7,523 bases of DNA, taken from positions 1 to 7,523 of IMG/VR virus record IMGVR_UViG_2609460344_000014, one strand, 5' to 3'. Positions within the stretch are counted from its first letter, which is position 1. Each line of letters starts with the position of its first letter. Positions 1 through 7,459 of the stretch are shown piece after piece. The notes under the pieces were generated by a model. The model worked only from the letters and a program-made list of their open reading frames with translations. It made no database searches and was not told the DNA's origin. Both the position numbers and the translations under genes were made by a program. Source of the DNA: a virus. Its lineage: Duplodnaviria > Heunggongvirae > Uroviricota > Caudoviricetes.

Positions 1-177
1 CAAAACGTGAAGTAATATTTCAGTTGGCGAATAATATCCGACAGTAATCACTCTGCGCAATAGCGCGGCCTTTTTCGTATTGCGGGCTGTTGTCTATCTT
101 CTGCCATTGTCCTGTAACTTCCGGACTTCAGCCCGCTCCTCATTTTACTCACAATATTATCCAGGCCGGGAGGATTC

Positions 178-2121
178 ATGGCATTTAAACACTATGACGT
201 GGTCAGGGCGGCGTCGCCGTCAGACCTTGCGGAGCGACTGACACAAAAACTGAAGGAAGGCTGGCAGCCGTTTGGCAGTCCTGTGGCTATCACGCCTTAT
301 ACACTGATGCAGGCCATTGCCGCAGAGGGTGATGTGACCACGCCTGTGGTTGTGCCCGACACAGGGGCTGGTGGCTCTCCGGGAGTGGCTACCACTGAAC
401 CGGAGTATTACTACGTTATTCCCCAGGCCGGGCAGTCGAACGGTATGGCCTATGGTGAGGGGCTTCCTCTGCCGGAGACCTATGATCGCCCTGACTCCCG
501 TATTAAGCAGCTGGCCCGTCGCAGCACTGTGACGCCGGGTGGTGATACCTGTGCATACAATGACGTTATTCCGGCAGACCACTGTCTGCATGATGTTCAG
601 GACATGAGCGCACTTAACCATCCTCATGCAGACCTGAGTAAGGGCCAGTACGGGACTGTCGGTCAGGGGCTGCATATTGCCAAAAAACTGCTGCCTTATA
701 TCCCGCAGAATGCCGGGATTCTTCTGGTGCCCTGTTGCCGTGGCGGGTCTGGTTTAACCGTGGGTAATGACGGCACGTTCAGCGAAACGTCTGGCGCATC
801 GGCAAATTCAGCCCGCTGGGGAGTGGGTAAACCGCTGTATCAGGATTTTCTCTTCCGTACAAAAGCGGCGCTGTCGAAGAACCCGAAAAACAGGCTTCTG
901 GCCGTGGTATGGATGCAGGGGGAAAATGATCTTGCGGACGGCAGTCAGCAGCACAGCGGCCTGTTTACCACTATGGTGCAGCAGTTCAGGGCTGATATGG
1001 CTGCATATTCTGCACAGTGTGTTGGCGGAAGTGCTGGCTCGGTGCCGTGGATTTGTGGTGACACCACGTATTACTGGAAGAATCTTAACGCCGATAAATA
1101 TGAGGCGGTATATGGCGGTTACAAGGGCAGGGAAGCACAGAATATTTTCTTTGTTCCTTTTATGACGGATGAGAATGGACAGAGCACGCCAACGAATGCT
1201 CCGGCGGAAGACCCGGATATTGTGGCTGTCGGGTATTACGGTGCAGCATCCCGAACCCAGGGCAGTTTTGTTTCGACACAGCGTGACAGCCATTTCAGCT
1301 CATGGGCACGCAGGGGCGTCATTTCAGACCGTCTGGCCTCAGCTATTATGCTCCATGCAGGGCGCACGGCTGAATTGATGCGCGGGCAGACCGTGACACC
1401 ACCGGATGAGAAGCCGTCACCTGATACACCATCAAAACCGTCCACGCCACCCGCAGACACCACGACGATGAGTACGCTATTTGCTTACCGGGCATCTGAG
1501 TCTGAAGGACGGTTGACACCACAGGGTTGGGCTGCCGGAGGTGGCAAGGCTCAAATCGTGGATGATGCCGGAGCCAGCGGGGGTAAGGCAATGAAACTGA
1601 CCAAGGAAACAGGAAGAGCCCCCTGGTACCTTGAGCATGATGCTGGTAATGGTGCGGACCTGCTGGGTAAAGGTGGTCTTGTCAGTTGTCGTTTTAAACT
1701 CGATGGCGCGCTTACGGCTAATCAGTACGCACTGGCGCTGTACTGGCCGGTTTCTTCATTGCCTCAGGGTGTCACACTGGAAGGTAATGCCGGTAACAAT
1801 CTGCTGGCGTCGTTTTACGTACAGAGCGATGCCACAGACCTCAACGTGATGTACCACAAGGGTAACGCTGACCAGAACACGAAGCTGGGGTCATTCGGCG
1901 CATTTGACAACGAATGGCATACGCTGGGTTTCCGTTTTGCCGGTAATAACAGCATTCAGGTGACGCCGGTGATTGATGGTCAGGATGGTGCACCGTTCAT
2001 GCTGTCGCAGTCTCCGGTAGGTTCTTTTGCGGCAGACAAATTACGTGTAACGGATATCACAAAAGCGGCGACGTATACGGTGCTGATTGAAAGTATAACA
2101 GTGGAAGTGAATAACCCGTAA
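178..2121 (+). CDS. nanS-p: Prophage-encoded sialate O-acetylesterase, NanS-p family (N-terminal DUF1737-like region, SGNH/SASA esterase core, C-terminal lectin-like domain)
   Basis: 647-aa ORF with GGGAGG 4 nt upstream of ATG 178. GQSN esterase signature (IPQAGQSNG, residues 85-88, nt 430-441). Length and three-part architecture match the large ORF found downstream of stx in lambdoid Stx phages (recalled, not searched). Position just upstream of the S holin is as expected. Confidence 0.85.
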   Translation: MAFKHYDVVRAASPSDLAERLTQKLKEGWQPFGSPVAITPYTLMQAIAAEGDVTTPVVVPDTGAGGSPGVATTEPEYYYVIPQAGQSNGMAYGEGLPLPETYDRPDSRIKQLARRSTVTPGGDTCAYNDVIPADHCLHDVQDMSALNHPHADLSKGQYGTVGQGLHIAKKLLPYIPQNAGILLVPCCRGGSGLTVGNDGTFSETSGASANSARWGVGKPLYQDFLFRTKAALSKNPKNRLLAVVWMQGENDLADGSQQHSGLFTTMVQQFRADMAAYSAQCVGGSAGSVPWICGDTTYYWKNLNADKYEAVYGGYKGREAQNIFFVPFMTDENGQSTPTNAPAEDPDIVAVGYYGAASRTQGSFVSTQRDSHFSSWARRGVISDRLASAIMLHAGRTAELMRGQTVTPPDEKPSPDTPSKPSTPPADTTTMSTLFAYRASESEGRLTPQGWAAGGGKAQIVDDAGASGGKAMKLTKETGRAPWYLEHDAGNGADLLGKGGLVSCRFKLDGALTANQYALALYWPVSSLPQGVTLEGNAGNNLLASFYVQSDATDLNVMYHKGNADQNTKLGSFGAFDNEWHTLGFRFAGNNSIQVTPVIDGQDGAPFMLSQSPVGSFAADKLRVTDITKAATYTVLIESITVEVNNP

Positions 2122-2269
2122 GCAGGAAAAAAAGACCGCCGTGGCAGGGAAAACAAGGAGCCAGAACCGGCGGCAGAAGTCGCTACATCCTTAGCAAAAA
2201 TATGCTGAGCAAAAAATGCAGGAGTTTTTTACTGGCAGGCATTGACCATGTCAATAATGGAGATGAATA

Positions 2270-2452
2270 ATGACATTTTTACAGCTGATTATGTTGTATT
2301 TCTGTACAGCAGTTTGTGTGCTGTATCTTCTTTCTGGTGGGTACAGAGTCGTGAGAGATTTCTGGCGCAGACAGATTGACAAAAGGGCCGCTGAGAAAAT
2401 CAGCGCCAGTCAGTCAGCCGGAACAAAACCCGAAGAGTCTCTCATTCCGTAG
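2270..2452 (+). CDS. Small single-pass membrane protein, 60 aa, unknown function
   Basis: ATG 2270 preceded by GGAG (2259-2262, 7-nt spacing). N-terminal hydrophobic helix (FLQLIMLYFCTAVCVLYLLSGG) followed by a basic tail. Same strand as flanking late genes. Confidence 0.45.
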   Translation: MTFLQLIMLYFCTAVCVLYLLSGGYRVVRDFWRRQIDKRAAEKISASQSAGTKPEESLIP

Positions 2453-2489
2453 CAACTTTCTTAACAACACCTTTCAACGAGAAAATACC

Positions 2490-2759
2490 ATGTCAGAAAT
2501 AAAATCGCTGGTCACTGCTGAAGCAGTGAAGGAAGTCCTGCGCTCTGAAGAAGTCAGAAGCGCACTGAAACAGCAACTTCGTCAGAATCTTGAGGCGCGT
2601 CTTGATGCTGAAGTGGATGCCATTCTGGATGAACTGCTGGGGGTACCGGCTGCTCCCGGGCCTGAAGACGGTGCGGGTGACAGTGCTGTTTCAGATGGTG
2701 TCGTGTCTCAGCCTGATGGTGGCAGTGAGCCTCAGCCTGACGGCGAAATGATGATGTAA
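2490..2759 (+). CDS. Hypothetical protein, 89 aa, helical N-terminus and acidic Gly/Pro/Asp-rich C-terminus
   Basis: Track ORF 2376-2759 overlaps the preceding ORF; the internal ATG 2490 (MSEIKSLVTAEAV...) gives a non-overlapping gene. Weak SD. Function not recognisable from sequence. Confidence 0.5.
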   Translation: MSEIKSLVTAEAVKEVLRSEEVRSALKQQLRQNLEARLDAEVDAILDELLGVPAAPGPEDGAGDSAVSDGVVSQPDGGSEPQPDGEMMM

Positions 2760-2834
2760 CCATGCGCAGGGGCTGTCGGTGTGAGCTGATGCCCCTCTTG
2801 TTGTTGTGAGCTTCCGGATTGCGGGAGACGGGGT

Positions 2835-3050
2835 ATGTACCAGATGGAAAAAATCACAACAGGTGTGTCATACACCACGTCAGCGGTGGGAACGGGCTAC
2901 TGGTTCCTGCAGTTGCTGGACAGGGTTTCCCCGTCTCAGTGGGCGGCAATAGGCGTGCTGGGGAGTCTGCTGTTTGGTCTGTTGACGTACCTGACGAACC
3001 TGTATTTCAAAATCAGAGAGGACCGTCGTAAGGCGGCACGGGGAGAGTAG
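2835..3050 (+). CDS. S: Class II holin, phage 21 S-type pinholin (71 aa) with dual-start motif
   Basis: Translation [71 protein letters not shown] closely matches S21-type holins as recalled. Two in-frame starts (ATG 2835 and ATG 2844, Met1/Met4) give the antiholin/holin pair. Two TMDs and a charged C-terminus. GGAG upstream. Confidence 0.9.
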   Translation: MYQMEKITTGVSYTTSAVGTGYWFLQLLDRVSPSQWAAIGVLGSLLFGLLTYLTNLYFKIREDRRKAARGE

Positions 3051-3053
3051 GTG

Positions 3054-3134
3054 ATGAACCATGAAGAAATGAATCAGCGCTTCAGTCGTCTGGAAAATGA
3101 AATTGCTGAACTGAATAAAAACTGTCGGCGCTGA
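3054..3134 (+). CDS. Tiny ORF, 26 aa (MNHEEMNQRFSRLENEIAELNKNCRR), possibly a leader or coupling ORF or the detached N-terminus of the next gene
   Basis: Starts 4 nt after the holin stop, with GTG 3051 as an alternative start and GGGGAGAG upstream. Its TGA (3132-3134) overlaps the ATG (3134-3136) of the following 158-aa ORF, which has no SD of its own. Too short for the ORF track. Confidence 0.25.
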   Translation: MNHEEMNQRFSRLENEIAELNKNCRR

Positions 3135-3610
3135 TGCCTTCTGAAGATGAAAAAAAACGCCGCGATGAGCAGTTTGCTGCGTTTGACGATTATTGTCGGA
3201 AAGTGATGAGCAGAAATCTCGCAGAGTGTTTCAGTATTCATAATGATAATTTCAGTGAGCTGGAATGGGAGTGTAACCGGCCATCCTTTGTTGTATCCGG
3301 TGATGCTGGGAAAATAACCATCTCAGAAAATGGGAAAGTAACACCTCCATCGCACCAGCACAGTGAGGAGCTCATTGAATTTGCCATTGATTACCTGAAG
3401 AACAATAAAAAGCAGGGGCTGATGAAGCGCGTTGGCCGTTGCATGGGATATCTTCAGGTAGCCGCTGAGATTGAAGCGCTGGCCAGTGGTGCTGATAAGG
3501 ATGCAATTGTGCGGGAGGCTCTTCTTCGTGATTTTAATACTCCACCCTTTAAAAAAGTGCCGGCTTACTGGCTTCATCCGGGGCTGACTTATCTTAAAGT
3601 GCGTATTTAG
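3134..3610 (+). CDS. Hypothetical protein, 158 aa, inserted between holin and endolysin (candidate moron)
   Basis: Uninterrupted 158-aa ORF on the late-gene strand between S and R. No TM segment, no recognisable catalytic motif. Looks AT-richer by eye than S and R (not computed). Start coupled to the upstream tiny ORF through a TGATG overlap. Confidence 0.6.
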   Translation: MPSEDEKKRRDEQFAAFDDYCRKVMSRNLAECFSIHNDNFSELEWECNRPSFVVSGDAGKITISENGKVTPPSHQHSEELIEFAIDYLKNNKKQGLMKRVGRCMGYLQVAAEIEALASGADKDAIVREALLRDFNTPPFKKVPAYWLHPGLTYLKVRI

Positions 3611-3646
3611 TGGGCCAGGGACAGCGGCTGAATATTTAATATATCC

Positions 3647-4180
3647 ATGAACACCAAAATCAAATACGGCCTGTCGGCTGCCGTTCTGGCGCTGATTGCC
3701 GCTGGTGCGCCTGCGCCTGACATTCTCGACCAGTTTCTGGATGAAAAGGAAGGTAACCACACCACGGCATACCGTGATGGCGCGGGTATCTGGACCATCT
3801 GTCGCGGTGCCATTCTGGTGGATGGTAAACCTGTCGTCCCGGGCATGAAGTTGTCGAAGGAGAAATGCGACCAGGTTAACGCCATCGAACGTGATAAGGC
3901 GCTGGCATGGGTGGAGAAAAACATCAAAGTGCCATTGACCGAACCCCAGAAAGCGGGGATCGCGTCATTCTGTCCGTACAACATTGGTCCCGGTAAGTGT
4001 TTCCCGTCGACGTTTTACAGACGAATTAATGCTGGTGATCGCAGGGGAGCATGTGAGGCGATTCGCTGGTGGATTAAGGACGGTGGCAGAGACTGCCGTA
4101 TTCGTTCAAACAACTGCTACGGTCAGGTATCCCGTCGTGACCAGGAGAGCGCGCTGGCGTGCTGGGGTATCGACAGATAA
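3647..4180 (+). CDS. R: SAR endolysin, T4-lysozyme-like (GH24) muramidase, 177 aa
   Basis: N-terminal weakly hydrophobic Gly/Ala-rich signal-anchor-release segment (LSAAVLALIAAGAPA) followed by an E...D...T catalytic triad spacing (EGNHTTAYRDGAGIWT). Pairing with a pinholin is the expected arrangement. No obvious SD before ATG 3647. Confidence 0.9.
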   Translation: MNTKIKYGLSAAVLALIAAGAPAPDILDQFLDEKEGNHTTAYRDGAGIWTICRGAILVDGKPVVPGMKLSKEKCDQVNAIERDKALAWVEKNIKVPLTEPQKAGIASFCPYNIGPGKCFPSTFYRRINAGDRRGACEAIRWWIKDGGRDCRIRSNNCYGQVSRRDQESALACWGIDR

Positions 4181-4269
4181 GCAGAATATTTTGCTGAAAA
4201 ATAAGGCATGGCCACGCGGGCGGATAACATGAAATCCTGCGAACTGGCGAAACGTAAGTGAATAAAAGT

Positions 4270-4308
4270 AAAAACCCCGTTTGTTGGCAGCAAGCGGGGT
4301 TTTGTTTT
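4270..4308. terminator. Rho-independent-type hairpin (aaaaCCCCG, 15-nt loop, CGGGGtttt, then gttttt), potentially bidirectional
   Basis: GC stem CCCCG/CGGGG (4274-4278 / 4294-4298) extended by A:U pairs, followed by a T-run on the + strand. The complementary strand also has T-rich sequence after the stem. Lies about 90 nt downstream of the R stop. Confidence 0.5.
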
Positions 4309-4374
4309 TATGGCAGTAAGCTATGGGAGGCTGCCTTGATTGATTTTAGCAAACTGATTAGGGAGTTGCGACTC

Positions 4375-4470
4375 ATGATTAGTCAATTACCAAACTGGAA
4401 ATTTTTGCTGGTCTGGAGCATCCCTTTTTTATGGGTAGTATCCCAGTTAATTGTGGCAATTAAGGGGTAG
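4375..4470 (+). CDS. Small hydrophobic peptide, 31 aa (MISQLPNWKFLLVWSIPFLWVVSQLIVAIKG)
   Basis: ATG 4375 with AGGGAG (4360-4365) upstream. Predicted single TM helix. First of four back-to-back tiny ORFs between R and Rz. Confidence 0.35.
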   Translation: MISQLPNWKFLLVWSIPFLWVVSQLIVAIKG

Positions 4471-4472
4471 CT

Positions 4473-4604
4473 ATGTCAGACAAACTCATAACGCCGGCAA
4501 AGGTCCTGTGTGTGATTGTCGGTATTTCATTTTCACTAATGCTGGTTGCTCTTTTTCTGTCCCTCGCCTGGGTGATGTTGTCTTCGTCGGGGCTGCTGGG
4601 GTGA
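4473..4604 (+). CDS. Small hydrophobic peptide, 43 aa (MSDKLITPAKVLCVIVGISFSLMLVALFLSLAWVMLSSSGLLG)
   Basis: ATG 4473 with AAGGGG (4462-4467) at 5-nt spacing. Begins 2 nt after the previous ORF's stop. Single predicted TM helix. Confidence 0.4.
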   Translation: MSDKLITPAKVLCVIVGISFSLMLVALFLSLAWVMLSSSGLLG

Positions 4605-4606
4605 CA

Positions 4607-4723
4607 GTGACTGATGACATCAGCAGAGCGCTGGCTTTTGCTATTAAGTGGGTGGCTGTTGGTATTGCTGTGTCTCCGATGCTGTATGGGCTGGCTAAAC
4701 TGGTCATTGCGCTGAAATCGTGA
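4607..4723 (+). CDS. Small hydrophobic peptide, 38 aa (GTG start; ..TDDISRALAFAIKWVAVGIAVSPMLYGLAKLVIALKS), possible paralogue of the next ORF
   Basis: GTG 4607 (alternative GTG 4601 overlaps the upstream TGA). Codon-by-codon alignment with ORF 4735-4821 shows a shared AFAI(K/R)xVA core with synonymous third-position differences (gct/gca, gct/gcc, gtg/gtc). Start and frame are uncertain because other frames here are also hydrophobic. Confidence 0.3.
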   Translation: MTDDISRALAFAIKWVAVGIAVSPMLYGLAKLVIALKS

Positions 4724-4734
4724 ACTTTAAAAAG

Positions 4735-4821
4735 ATGAGTGCTGAACTTATTCGGGCAATGGCATTTGCCATTCGTATTGTGGCCATTGCTGTTCTGGTC
4801 TGGGCAATCCGTTGGTGGTGA
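4735..4821 (+). CDS. Small hydrophobic peptide, 28 aa ([28 protein letters not shown])
   Basis: ATG 4735. Stop TGA 4819-4821 lies 1 nt before the Rz ATG (4823) and overlaps the Rz SD (GGTGGTG). Resembles the preceding ORF at peptide level. Confidence 0.3.
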   Translation: MSAELIRAMAFAIRIVAIAVLVWAIRWW

Positions 4822-4822
4822 T

Positions 4823-5290
4823 ATGAACCGTGTTCTGTGTGTGGTGATTATTGTCCTGCTGGTAGCCTGTGGTGTGCTTAGTCTGGGGCTGAATCATTAC
4901 CGCGATAACGCCATCACCTACAAAGCGCAGCGCGATAAAAAAGTCAGTGAGCTGAAACTGGCGAATGCCACTATTACTGATATGCAGCAGCGCCAGCGCG
5001 ATGTTGCTGCGCTCGATGCAAAATACTCGAGGGAATTAGCCGATGCGAGAGCTGAAAATGAAACTCTGCGTGCTGATGTTGCCGCTGGTCGTAAGCGCCT
5101 GCGGGTCAACGCCACCTGCCCCGGTACCGTGCGTGAAGCCACCGGCACCTCCAGCGTGGATAATGCAACCGGCCCCCGACTGGCAGACACCGCTGAACGG
5201 GATTATTTCATCCTCAGAGAACGGTTGATGACAATGCAGAAGCAGCTGGAAGGGGCGCAGGAATATATCCGCACTCAGTGCCTGAAATAA
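4823..5290 (+). CDS. Rz: Rz i-spanin (inner-membrane spanin subunit), 155 aa
   Basis: Translation from ATG 4823 ([39 protein letters not shown]...[30 protein letters not shown]) is near-colinear with lambda Rz as recalled: N-terminal TMD plus coiled-coil periplasmic domain. The track ORF at 4739 is a GTG-extended version. Confidence 0.9.
   Translation: MNRVLCVVIIVLLVACGVLSLGLNHYRDNAITYKAQRDKKVSELKLANATITDMQQRQRDVAALDAKYSRELADARAENETLRADVAAGRKRLRVNATCPGTVREATGTSSVDNATGPRLADTAERDYFILRERLMTMQKQLEGAQEYIRTQCLK
5043..5228 (+). CDS. Rz1: Rz1 o-spanin lipoprotein, embedded in +1 frame within Rz
   Basis: 61-aa ORF wholly inside Rz. Signal peptide with lipobox (LPLVVSAC) and proline-rich mature part ([35 protein letters not shown]), matching lambda Rz1 as recalled. 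ATG 5058 is an alternative start. Confidence 0.85.
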   Translation: MRELKMKLCVLMLPLVVSACGSTPPAPVPCVKPPAPPAWIMQPAPDWQTPLNGIISSSENG

Positions 5291-5332
5291 GTTTTGTTGA
5301 TGCGCCGTATCGTCGCTGTATTCCCTCATTAA

Positions 5333-6237
<905 letters not shown>

Positions 6238-6244
6238 GGAGGTC

Positions 6245-6853
6245 ATGGTGGATAAGGGAAAAGAGATTATTGCAGTACGAAATGCAGCCTGCAACGAATA
6301 CGGCGGGATAAACTGTGAGGTGCAGTTTGAAGATGCGGTCAATGAAAAAGGAGAGCAGGTATGGCTGCCGTATACCGCAACGGAAACGGATAATACAGAA
6401 CACGGAAAAGCCTTGTGGTCGGGGCTGACAGCAGGAACATACGGAAGTGTGAGTGCCTTTGTTGCCACGGAAGCAATACTGGAAGCGGCAAAGGCGGCGA
6501 AAAGGGAAGAGATTAATATCTGGCGTGATGTGCAGGAGAATATGGAATACGTGATGGAATTCAACGGAAGGAACTGGGATTACGGCAAGAAGACGTTGTC
6601 CAGGATAAGCACGACACGACTGATGGCAGAGAACAACCGTCTTCCGGAAGGGTTTGCCTGGACGGACGGGGATAATAATGTGGTGCCGGTAACGGCGGCG
6701 GAGATAATTGCGCTGGCAGATGCGACAGAGCAGGCGATGTTTGCGAAAGGTGTGGAGATTAATACACGTCAGCTTCAGATGAAAGCAGAGGTTGAGGCGC
6801 TGACAGAGCTGAAGGCGATCCGCAGTTATGTTGTCGGATGGCCTGCAAGCTGA
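6245..6853 (+). CDS. Probable tail-fibre assembly (chaperone-like) protein, 202 aa
   Basis: Begins 8 nt after the tail-fibre stop, with GAGGAGG (6236-6242) overlapping that stop; GTG 6248 is an alternative start. Position immediately 3' of a tail-fibre gene and size are typical of tfa genes. Family assignment is from context and general resemblance, not a search. Confidence 0.5.
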   Translation: MVDKGKEIIAVRNAACNEYGGINCEVQFEDAVNEKGEQVWLPYTATETDNTEHGKALWSGLTAGTYGSVSAFVATEAILEAAKAAKREEINIWRDVQENMEYVMEFNGRNWDYGKKTLSRISTTRLMAENNRLPEGFAWTDGDNNVVPVTAAEIIALADATEQAMFAKGVEINTRQLQMKAEVEALTELKAIRSYVVGWPAS

Positions 6854-6855
6854 GT

Positions 6856-6884
6856 AAAAAAAACGGGACCACGGCCAGTCCCGG
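6856..6884 (-). terminator. Hairpin (CGGGAC, 8-nt loop, GTCCCG) flanked by an A8 tract: canonical intrinsic terminator for minus-strand transcription, possibly bidirectional
   Basis: Stem 6864-6869 / 6878-6883. On the minus strand the hairpin is followed directly by UUUUUUUU (complement of 6856-6863). On the + strand a T-run (6894-6899) follows after about 10 nt. Sits between the convergent tfa-like gene and ykgJ-like gene. Confidence 0.5.
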
Positions 6885-6997
6885 AACCATGAGTTTTTTA
6901 GGGTATTAGTTTGTTATCATAATTAGCGTGCTAAGTATGCCGTATCAGGCTGATTAGTGAAGTGATGTTGTTCGCATTTTTGCACGGCGGAGAATAT

Positions 6998-7327
6998 TCA
7001 GATTTTGGGAAATCCATATTTTTCCCGTGCGCGGTTACATGCTTCATTCGCGATGCCATTTTCGCCGGACATTGCGAATTCCCTGCATGTGGACGGACGG
7101 TTTTTGTAAACAGAGCAATATGCGTTTTCACCGGGGGGGCCGGCCAGAGCGACACATCGGGGATTTTTCTGATTGGTGCCGCGCATACAGCGATGAAAAG
7201 GAGATATTTGCTCAGTGAGACTGACCGGGACGTTTCCGCCAGCATCATCGGCTTCAGCCCAGTAAAAAGAGACGCGGAAAAATGCACAACAGGCACCACA
7301 CGTCATGCATGGATTCGGATTGTTCAT
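6998..7327 (-). CDS. ykgJ: YkgJ-family cysteine-cluster protein (putative zinc/iron-chelating CxxCxxCC domain), 109 aa
   Basis: Minus-strand ORF; start at the internal Met ([28 protein letters not shown]...) gives 109 aa with the CMTCGACC motif, matching E. coli YkgJ in length and motif as recalled. The track ORF extends to 7384 ([19 protein letters not shown]... extension), but that upstream ATG has GGAG only 1 nt away. Confidence 0.75.
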   Translation of the reverse strand: MNNPNPCMTCGACCAFFRVSFYWAEADDAGGNVPVSLTEQISPFHRCMRGTNQKNPRCVALAGPPGENAYCSVYKNRPSTCREFAMSGENGIANEACNRAREKYGFPKI

Positions 7328-7425
7328 TTTTATACTATTTGTTGTTTTTTCAGCGATCAGATAAAAGGGCGCTGAAAAAAACATTCTCCAAAATTAGATT
7401 ATAACTATTTGATTTTATGGATAGA

Positions 7426-7459
7426 GGCATGCTTTTTACGAAAAAGTAAAAAGCATGCC
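7426..7459. repeat. Perfect 12-bp inverted repeat (GGCATGCTTTTT, 10-nt spacer, AAAAAGCATGCC)
   Basis: Exact reverse-complement arms at 7426-7437 and 7448-7459, in the region upstream of the minus-strand ykgJ-like gene. Function is not determinable from sequence: hairpin, protein-binding site or terminator for a gene beyond the window. Confidence 0.5.

Noticed and set aside
53-85. Inverted repeat CGCAATA ... TATTGCG with internal GGCCTTTTT upstream of nanS-p
   Set aside because: Stem is short with a 15-nt loop and there is no clean stem-plus-T-tract geometry, so it was not called as a terminator.
220-1849. Several 60-160-aa ORFs on both strands overlapping 178-2121
   Set aside because: All lie inside or antisense to the long, motif-supported NanS-p ORF, so they are overlapping-frame artefacts.
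2242-2270. TTGACC -35-like hexamer upstream of the 60-aa ORF
   Set aside because: No acceptable -10 at 16-18 bp spacing (GAATAA), and the implied transcription start would fall inside the ORF. Late genes here are probably transcribed from an upstream Q-dependent promoter outside the window.
2376-2759. 127-aa version of the ORF starting at ATG 2376
   Set aside because: It would overlap the preceding 60-aa ORF by 77 nt in another frame. The internal start at 2490 gives a compact non-overlapping gene, although the longer form cannot be fully excluded.
3323-3984. Minus-strand ORFs 3323-3760 and 3607-3984
   Set aside because: Antisense to the 158-aa ORF and to the endolysin, with no independent support.
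4258-4723. Track ORFs 4258-4470 (70 aa) and 4451-4723 (90 aa, TTG start)
   Set aside because: The 5' part of the first spans the terminator hairpin and lacks an SD. The 5' part of the second is the out-of-frame shadow of the 43-aa ORF. Only their 3' portions (4375-4470 and 4607-4723) were kept as candidate small ORFs.
6931-7375. ORFs 6931-7299 (-) and 6962-7375 (+) and 7027-7218 (+)
   Set aside because: They overlap the ykgJ-like gene in alternative frames or antisense. The ykgJ-like frame is supported by the CxxCxxCC motif and matching length.
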